Part shown: positions 55,041 to 64,000 of the stretch, one piece after another
Numbering within the stretch: position 1 is the stretch's first letter
How the letters are laid out: each line of letters begins with the position of its first letter
Made by a program: the position numbers and the translations under genes
Notes under the pieces: model-generated
Databases searched by the model: none
The model's input: only the letters and a program-made list of their open reading frames with translations
What the model was told of the DNA's origin: nothing
DNA from: the human T2T-CHM13v2.0 reference genome, Homo sapiens
Length of the DNA stretch: 64,000 bases
Assembly: GCF_009914755.1 (NCBI RefSeq)
Contig: NC_060925.1
Strand: one strand, 5' to 3'

Positions 55041-55109
55041 GATCCACTACCTTCTAACTATTTTAATTTGATATTATACTTGTGAATAGCCATTATTTTT
55101 CCTTAGCGA

Positions 55110-55362
55110 GATGAGAGTGATTAAGAGCACAGAATTTGGAACCAGGATATCTGTGTTGAAAGCCCAATTCTTCTACTTATTAAGTATATCATTTTAGGTA
55201 AGTTATGCAAAGTCTGTTGCTTTAATATCTTTATCTGGGGGGCAGATAATATCTTCCTTGTGGGGTGGGCCCTTAATGAGGTATATATTAACTTTCACTA
55301 ATATGTGTAAAGCATTTAGAGTGTCTGGCATATGTTTAGCACTATGTAAGTGTAAGGTATTA
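55110..55362 (+). mobile_element. MIR SINE
   Basis: gtgattaagagcacagaatttgga...atgtgtaaagcatttagagtgtctggcata. Confidence 0.65.
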
Positions 55363-55530
55363 TTGGTTCTAACTTGTACTTCATTTTTCTCCTTCTATAT
55401 TGCTTCAGTCTCTGAGCACAGACTGGAGGAATAATGTATGCTAACTCATCAACATAGGGAAGAGGTGCTTTTGGCAGAAATAAAAGAGGTTCTTGACATC
55501 ACTTGCCTTTTGCTCCTACTCTATTAATTT

Positions 55531-55851
<321 letters not shown>

Positions 55852-57339
55852 ACCTCTATTAATTTTAGACATAAGTATATACATTTAATTTTCATTGGTT
55901 TGTTGTTAATTAAAAACCGTAATTACTCACTGGAAAAATAATAAATAATAACATGTAGCATATGGTGATGAAAATGTAATTTACTCAACAACTATATTTC
56001 CTCACAAAATCATACAGAGAAGTATTAGCCGTAGAAACTTCATACTTTTGCTTTAATCCACTTTCTTGACCCATTATTTACTGTTAGTGTTGACAGCATG
56101 GAACTACCTTTGCAGCATTTATGATTTAAAGTATTTTATGGAAAAGGTGGTGAGGAAGAGTTGGTACCACAACCTGAAAAGTGACTAAAATATTTTCCAC
56201 CTTCCCTTCATCTCTTCACCTCCACTCACCTTTTCTTCATCTACCACTCCCACCCCATCTCCCACTTCCTTACACCCTCCAGGGTGAGCTGGGAACAATA
56301 GTGTAATACCATTTAGCTACAAAAAATAATACACTATTAAATACAAAATAGTTTATTTTTTCCTATCTTTGGATATTGTCCCAACTAGTATCACACGTAG
56401 GAAAGAGTCTTACAGACTTGAAAAAGGTTTATAGAAAACAAAATTTTTAAAATAATAAAGGTATTAGAATGTGTATAGACATTATATTATTTAAATTGGA
56501 CATTAAATTTTTCAGTATATAGCTTACATTTTGTTATTTCTGAAAACTTAGTTCTATGAAAAAGTTCTAAATGCCATTGGGCGCTATGATTTTTCTGAGA
56601 AAGTAGTTGAAGAAATTTCAACAAAAATTGCACTGCTATTGTCTTTTGCCTTAGCTTAAGAAATTTATTTCCCATTTTTATTGGTATAAAATGTGTGTAA
56701 ACAGAATTTCTAGAAGACATAGGATGCAGATATTATAAAGCCTTAAGAGTAGCTTAGACTTCCCTATCTTATAGAGAATTGCTTAACCAGTTTCTCATAT
56801 ATAAAATTGTAAACAATACTTTAATTTTAGGGTTTATCTCAAAATACAAATCACTGAACATTTCTGTCAAAGTAAATAACTACTTTGGTCTTATTAGCTC
56901 CTCATGCTGCGAGGAAGCAAGTATGCATATAGACATGTGATACTAGTAAACTTAGTTTTGAGTAAATTTATCTATATAAAACAAATGTTAAATATTTGAG
57001 TAAGTCCAGTTCCATGGAAATCAACCCAAGCATGGAAAAACGTAATCTTACTACATAATGTAATTGTATAGAGGCCTCATGAGTATAGCCAGGGTTCTCT
57101 TGAGTATTTCAAGGTGAAATTAGATTAGTGATATTAAAAGCATGTTTGGGGGTTATATACTTTTCCTTTGCTTCACATTTTTATATTATCATCCATCTTT
57201 CTCAAAGTGTCTCCCCAACTAATGGTTATGTATGTGAGTTGGAGTGAATAAAACAATGTATGGCCTTTCTGTACTAGTAGACCAACCCTAAGGGAATATT
57301 ACTGGAGTACTTTCAGAAGAGTTAGGATAGGGTTATTTT

Positions 57340-57733
57340 TCTAGTCCATTTTGTGCTACCATAACAGAATGCCTAAGACTGGGTAAAAAATAGAAATGTT
57401 TTTCTCACAGTTCTGGAAGCTGGGAAGCCTAAGATCAAGGAACTGAAAGAGTTGGAGTCTAGTGAGGACTGAGTCTCCACTTCCAAGATGGTGCCTTGAA
57501 TGCTGCATCCTCCAGAGGCAGGGAACGCCATTCCTCACATGGCAGAAGAGTGGAAGAGCAAGAAAGAGAAACTCACTCCTGAAAGTCCTCTTTAAAAAAG
57601 CATTAAGCTTGCCCATGAAGGTAGCGCCCTCATGACCTAATCACCTCTTAAAGGTCCTACTTCCCAATACTATTACATTGGACATTAAATGTTAACATGA
57701 ATTTTGGAAGGAACAAGCATTCAAACCATAGCA
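57340..57733 (-). mobile_element. MSTD/MLT1A-like solo LTR nested in a MER81 (MER81 resumes ~57735-57833)
   Basis: tagtccattttgtgctaccataacagaatgcctaagactggg...cattcaaaccatagca; then ttttagcactgaaagtc...ggttggtcacccc. Confidence 0.75.
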
Positions 57734-59697
57734 GTGGACCCCCTTTGCCTGGAACAGTCTGCTTTTAGCACTGAAAGTCTCGTGTTCTAGGAAATCTTTC
57801 AGTTGGGGGCAAACTGGAATGGTTGGTCACCCCAACTTCTTCCTACCCCTAGATATCTCTACCATTGGCCTGTCACAGAATCTGGAATGAATCCATAGGC
57901 TAGCACTATGTTTTCACGAATCATATGTTAAAATGCACCAAGACAGTACATTAATACGAGTTTTCATTATTCATTTTTTAGTGGGAATATGTTTTTAGCT
58001 ATGTAGCTCCCACTTCAGACAACAGAGAGCTGAGCCACGACTGAAGAGTAATTATTGATAGTGGGGAGGAAAAGGAAAGAACAACCGTTTGTTAAGCACA
58101 TGCTACGTTTAAGGAGTCCTGATGGGCTTTTAATATTAATAGAAACAGTTCAGAAATCAGGCACTGGGTACATGGAGAGGGTAGGAGATTGAGTTAGCGA
58201 GTGGGGAGATAAGAAGCAAATCCTCTAAAAGAAATTAAGTCATTACTTAGCTGAGTGGAGAAGATAGCTTTCAGGTCAAACCCCAGATTTGCATTTGTAT
58301 TTTGACTCTGCGTCTTTCTAACAGTGGAATTGTGACCAAAAGTCTTAACCCCAACACTGAGTTTTCTCATCGCTAAAACTGGAATATAATACTTTCCCCA
58401 AGGGGTTCTATGTTTTGTGCAAATTAAATGAAGTAAAGTGGGTAGAATATTTAGTGCCTACTACCTAACAAGCACTATATACACGTTTGAAGCTGCCACT
58501 CCTACTGTTACTGTTGGTACATTTATTCAAGGACGCCTTGCTCAGAAAGCCCTGGCTTCTCATTTATCCCCACTTTTGAGGGCCTATCATTGCTTTGTCT
58601 CTTTGACATGTAAGCTATTTGATGTCTTTGCTGAAAATCACTGGGTTTCTTGTTGCATATATGCACATGGCCACACAATCAGAAGAAAAAAAAACAAAAC
58701 AATGAAAAGCAATTGACTTTGCTTATAAAATCATTATCACAGCAGTATTGTTTTTCTTCTGTGCCTCATTCTGAGTTCCATTCTTTTGGGGTTTTCCCAG
58801 GCATCAATTCAATGCTTCCAATTTTTATGGGATTTAAGTTACATTTAAGGGGCTATATAAATGCAAAAAAGGGAACAAGTTTGGGACTTCCAAATCTGTG
58901 CTATCAAAAGGACTGCACGAAATTTTTCATTTTCTTCCACATAACTCTGCCTGAACGTTATTTATGGTTCGAGCAAAATAGTAGACATGGAATAAGAATT
59001 CATTCAGCTAAGGCATCTCGGTTATTCATAGGTGAACTGAAGCCCTAAACTATCATCAAATTTCACTAGCAACATTCCAATGATGCAGTCATATAAAATT
59101 GAAATTGTAATGAAATGTAACTTTACATGTATTCATGGATTTAAAAGGAAAACAGAATACCATTTCCTCCTATTGGTGTCAATTTAAAGTCCCTATTTTT
59201 TTTAAATCGAGGTGCCTACTAAAGATAGGCCCAATATTTTTGGCAAGAGGAGAACTTTTTTCATTGGTGTTTATTCTCCAAATAAGAATTACATGTAAAC
59301 ACTTGTAATTGATCTTTAAAGCCTTTCTTGACATAAATATAAAAAGCAGACTATCACAGATTGCCAAATTTGTAAGATATGGCAAAAAGTATTTGGTATC
59401 ATCTATTCATGTTACATGTAAAAATTTTGCTTTGAGATCGCATACACATATTAGGTGAGTCACATCTGTGTCTTTTAATTTCAATTCTCTTTCTGTTACA
59501 TTACACTGCTTTTCTTAATGAAAAATTTTAGCAAATAGTATTGAAATAGGATTTTAAGGAAAGAGTGTGAAAATAGAGGAGTGCCTTCCAGAATGCCAAA
59601 TAAAGTCCAGTAGTTTTAATAATTTTAAAATATTGATAAAATAAAGAGTTAATTCATATTGTCAGGAAGAGCATAAGGGAGATTAAGCAAAGTAACA

Positions 59698-59995
59698 TTT
59701 TTTTTTTTTTTTGAGATGGAGTCTTGCTCTGTCACCCAGGCTGGAGTGCAGTGGTGCAACCTCAGCTCATCGCAACCTCTGCCTCCTGGGTTCAAGTGTT
59801 CTTCTGCCTCAGCCTCCCGAGTTGCTGGTATTACAGGCACCCACCACCATGCCTGGCTAATTTTTTTGTATTTTTAGTAGAGATCAGGTTTCACCATGTT
59901 GGCCAGGCTGGTTTTGAACTCCTGACCTGAAGTGATCCACCCGCCTCAGCCTCCCAAAGTGCTAGGATTACAGGCGTGAGCCACCGTGCCCGGCC
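59698..59995 (-). mobile_element. AluS (Sx-like)
   Basis: Full reverse Alu; TSD caaagtaac at 59688-59696 and 59997-60005. Confidence 0.92.
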
Positions 59996-60204
59996 ACAAA
60001 GTAACCTTTTGAAATAGAATCTAAAGTGCCCCAAAATGGCTTTTTAATGAAATTCTAGTGAAAATCCTAAGGAAATGATGTATTACTATTTACTTATTAA
60101 CCTATGAGAATACATACTATGCTTTTTATTTTTCTCTTGAAAGTAAAGAAATAAAAGTAATGGTTAACCAAGCCCCATTTATTTCTGGTTTCTAACGCCA
60201 TTTA

Positions 60205-60395
60205 GTTCAGAGTTTCTTAAAGTGAAGTCTTTAAACCGTGAACATCAAAATTAATGTAATGCTTCTTAAAAATGCAGTTTCCAGGCCATCCTTCAAACTT
60301 ACTGAATTACAATCTTTGAGGAATGGGGCCTACAAGTCAGTCCTTTAACAACCTCCCCAAATGACTCTGAAGTACAATAATGTTTAAGAACCATA
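60205..60395. mobile_element. MER5-type hAT element
   Basis: cagagtttcttaaagtg...ttaaaaatgcagtttccaggcc...gtttaagaacca. Confidence 0.65.
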
Positions 60396-60571
60396 TTTAA
60401 ATTTTACTCTTCCATGTTGATTAATGATTTGATATCACAGATTAAGTAAAAGATGGTTTCTTTTGCATTACTTAAGTTTTAGTGTCATTTGAAGAAGTGG
60501 CTGTACTGGTCCTTTGCAGTGATTTTTAATTTTATTGTTACGTGGAATAAATATTTCATTGTATGTGGTAG

Positions 60572-60613
60572 AATCTGACAGCCTATCGAAGAAATTTCTT
60601 AGAACATTAACAG
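60572..60613 (+). other. candidate exon ending at a perfect splice donor (acceptor uncertain: 60483, 60520 or 60572)
   Basis: CAG|GTGAGT at 60614. Confidence 0.3.
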
Positions 60614-60749
60614 GTGAGTCTGTAAGCTGTGCCTTTGTTGGGGCAGCTCTTTGGCATAAACCAATGGGATTTGAGTAATGGGCCATATGTCTGTTACAAT
60701 TCTGTAAAAAAATTGGCTTACTTCAGAGATGGAAAAATGATGCCATCAA

Positions 60750-60977
60750 GCAGGAGTTGACAATGTTTTCTTTTCTGCAAAAGGCCAAAGAGTATTTTAG
60801 GCTTTGCAGGCCATACAATCTCTCTCGCGACTACTGAACTCCACTGTTGTAGTGTGAACACAGTCATAAACAATACATAAATAAAAGGAGCATGTCTGTA
60901 TTGCAATAAAACTTCATTTACAAAAACTTTAATTACAGTCTGAATTAAGCCTGTGGACCAGTGTTTGTTGATCCCCT
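60750..60977. mobile_element. MER58A (hAT-Charlie)
   Basis: tattttaggctttgcaggccatacaatctct...actactgaactccactgttgtagtgtgaa. Confidence 0.8.
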
Positions 60978-61173
60978 AACATAGACCATTTAATATGTGA
61001 TTCAATCAATATTTAAGGTAAAAGCAATAGCACAAATATTGAATATTTACAACCTGAACGTATGTGAGAACATTGATAAAATGGATTTAAAAATACAGTG
61101 TTTGCTTCCTGTTCTATTTTTCTTTATTTTCTTTCCTTATTGGTGATACAATGGCCCTACTGTGACTAATCAT

Positions 61174-61583
61174 TGTGGTAGACTGTAAATGTAGCCACAG
61201 ATTGGCCTCTCATCAAGAGCTTAAGTCTATTTCCACTGCCCTTTAAGCTGGCCCTGTGATGATCTCCGTACAACAGGATGCAGCAGAAGTGTTGTGTTAG
61301 TTCTAACTTTAGACTTAAGAAGCCTTTCAGCTTCCACTTTCATGCTGGGAATCCTGATGAAGAAAGAAAATTCATGTGGGGAGAGGTCTCAGCTGCCTTC
61401 ATCATCTTAATTGTCTTTATTGAGGTCCACATGAGGCCCACACGTATAATTGGACCCACCTGAGGAAAGGTAAGCCCAGCCCAAATTATCAAGCCCCAAA
61501 GCGGTGATCTAAATAAGACAGTTTTTGTTTTTAAGCCACTATGTTTTAGTGTGATTTATTATGCAGCAACCTATAACTGATAC
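61174..61583 (+). mobile_element. MLT1-type solo LTR
   Basis: tgtggtagactg...ttttaagccactatgtttt...atgcagcaacctataactgataca. Confidence 0.7.
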
Positions 61584-61589
61584 AAACAG

Positions 61590-63120
61590 GTAGCAAGGTC
61601 ATGAGCTGAGAATGAAAAGGGGGTGGATGTGTTTGAGGTTTGCATCAAAGGTATGGCATGGAGAAAGTGTGAGATGGTACATCTGTGAGTATCCTAGAAC
61701 GGACAAGGGAAATACAGTAGGGTGCTGAAGAGTACTGAGTTCACTTGAGGTGAATAAACTTAACATACTTTATGAACTTAAAATAAGGCCAGTTAGAATG
61801 GTTGTGTGGTTTTTGCCCCAAAATGTTCCAGCTGTGCAGATACAGACAAAAAGTGGAGAGTTGAATTTAAATATGGGTGGCGAGGTTTTATCAGGTGAAC
61901 ATGATAAGGGTAGAGAGAGGAAATTGGACTAGGCATTTATTATAATCAATGAGAATGATTATAATAATAACCTGGGTACAGACGAAACTGAGGCTATGGC
62001 GACTCTGAGAGACTTTGTAAACATCAATGGATTGTTGGTTCCAGTGGGGTCAAAGAACTGTTGGGCCAAAGTTCTACAGGAAGTGAGCTGGTAAGATAGG
62101 AGCTGGGTTGCCAGAGAGTGCAATACTTGAAATTAAATCATGCAGAAGACAACAGTTTTGTGATGTGGCAATTTGGCCCAGCTGAACTTTTTTTTTTTTT
62201 TTTCCCCCAGAATTCCTTCCCTGCCTGTTTCTATTTAGGGAGGGTGGTTGTGAAGTAGCAGCCATTTTGTTTTTATGCTCAAAATGTTGGGCAGGATACT
62301 TTTGTAGCTCACATATGTTGTTGCTTCTCTGCTGGCTCATTTGATGGCTATGGGGCAGCAGCTCAGCCTGCCACCACCTCTAGATGTTTCTTCAGCTTCT
62401 CCAACTCCAAGGCTGGGTGAGTGTTTGCTCCCTAATGAGGTACACTAACTTTTTCTGCAGGATGCCCATGTTATCAAGGTTGGAGGCAGTGAGAGACTGG
62501 TTGGGTTCCAGTCTATCCTCACAGGTTTCCAGTTGTCCTTACTTTTCTCTACTTTATTTCCAGCCTCCCTTTTTAACTATATGCTTTGTGGACTTCAGGC
62601 TGCAGCATCTGACTTGAAGACAAAAAAGCCTTACAGAGAATGAGTAGCCGGCTCTCTCAAGTCTGTATGGTTCAATCCCTGTTAATCTATCATCTAATCT
62701 GGCTAATCTTTAGTGCTTCTGTTTCTCTGAATCTTAACTGACATAGAGGGGATACTGTCTTAGTTATAGGTATTGATAACAAACTCCAGGATATAAAGAT
62801 GTAAATGAGGGGATGGGGAAGAGTAAACAACAGGCTTATTGGAAGACAGGAGGTCAAGCAAGTGAAATGCAAACGTATTGCAAGGATTGTCTTTGTGGAC
62901 ATTGAACTCACCAAAAATTAGGACCAAAATAGTGTTGGAAAGAATAATACTGAACCCAGAAGCTAAAATCCTCAAAAACTTTGGAGTCCCCATTGAGAGG
63001 CTCTGGATATAACAGCTACAAGGAGGTGGAATCGGTGGTAGTGTCTGATGGCACAAGCTTTTAAGGGAGGGTTTACAGAGGAAGTTGTATGGGTGTGCAG
63101 TATGGCAATGGTGTAGACTA
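61590..63120 (-). mobile_element. fragmented L2 remnant, with an unrelated insert near 62150-62750
   Basis: Reverse L2 endonuclease-like peptide in the ORF track (ILVLIFGEFNVHKDNP) and purine-rich L2 body. Confidence 0.45.
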
Positions 63121-64000
63121 GACACAAATTAGTATTAAGGAGGAAAGTTACTAGGGCACGTGGTTCCAGGTGTGTGGAAGAGTAAACACGTTGCTAAGTC
63201 CTGCAGCTCCTTTTATGCAAAGTCACTTTCCTCTTTTAGCAGGCCCAGCGCTTTTCTGACCAGGTACTATTGTGACTTGACTTTAATTATTGGTCTGGTG
63301 GTCAGGAGAATAATTTTAGATCATCTCCAAGGGTGAAGTGAATCTAGTTAATGGAGAAAGGTATGTGGTGATGAATATCAGGTGCAGCCTCAAGACCAGC
63401 TGCATCTAATGACAGGTATGCAGGCCTCTTGCTTCAAGGTAGGGGGATCTCTACAGGCCTATTACAGCCTCTTGGGTCCCTATTGTGTTGGCTCCAGATC
63501 CTGTTGCCATTGTATCTCAGTTCTCCCGCTGCACTCCCCTGTGTTTCCCAGTTCCTTACTGGAGCTGATCCTGAGAGCACTCCCTAGTAAACCTTCTGCT
63601 CAGTCTTGAAGTCTATTTCCTAGGGAAACTGGCCAATTCTCTTCTTTTTGAAATATGCCCCTCTCTCTGCTTCTAGGACACCACATTCTCTTGGATCTTA
63701 CCCTGACTCACTAGCACCTCTTTCTCATTTTTCTGGGTTTTTCTTATCTCCCAGGTATGTAAATATTGGCTTTTTTTTTCTTTATAGTCACTTTGAAGTG
63801 ATATCATCCCGACTCATGGTTTTAAATACTATATATAAAAATGGACTGAATGAACCTGGGTCACTATATTAAGGAGGAGCCCACTTTTGAGGTTAATCAT
63901 CATGAATTTGAAAGGAGACTAGTTGGCAAGATTGACATTTTTTTCCATGGTCATATTCAGCTGTCTCATCATAAATAGGCATTTATTCATTCAAAAAATG

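Overview
This window is not microbial. It is AT-rich human or great-ape DNA (AluY, SVA, L1PA3-type L1, THE1 LTRs) of intronic or intergenic character, and roughly half of it is recognisable transposon sequence. I find no intact protein-coding gene, tRNA, rRNA, CRISPR array or CpG-island promoter. The only ORF-track entries with real protein homology are broken LINE-1 ORF2 pieces and ERVL gag/protease remnants. A few well-formed splice-site pairs in unique sequence, best at 46682-46791, suggest the window lies inside a long + strand spliced transcript (lncRNA or 5' UTR). I cannot name the locus. Most notable observations: (1) a perfect 59-bp tandem duplication that doubles a consensus DUX4 site in a THE1 LTR, next to a full-length THE1 element whose two LTRs also keep DUX4 sites; (2) a tail-less internal L1 fragment flanked by a direct repeat (non-canonical insertion); (3) an older-type SVA inside an L1 that carries an apparent template-switch hairpin; (4) several nested transposon stacks. 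I cannot support a claim of a new biological system. Repeat subfamily names were assigned from remembered consensus sequences, and boundaries are approximate unless a target-site duplication (TSD) is quoted.
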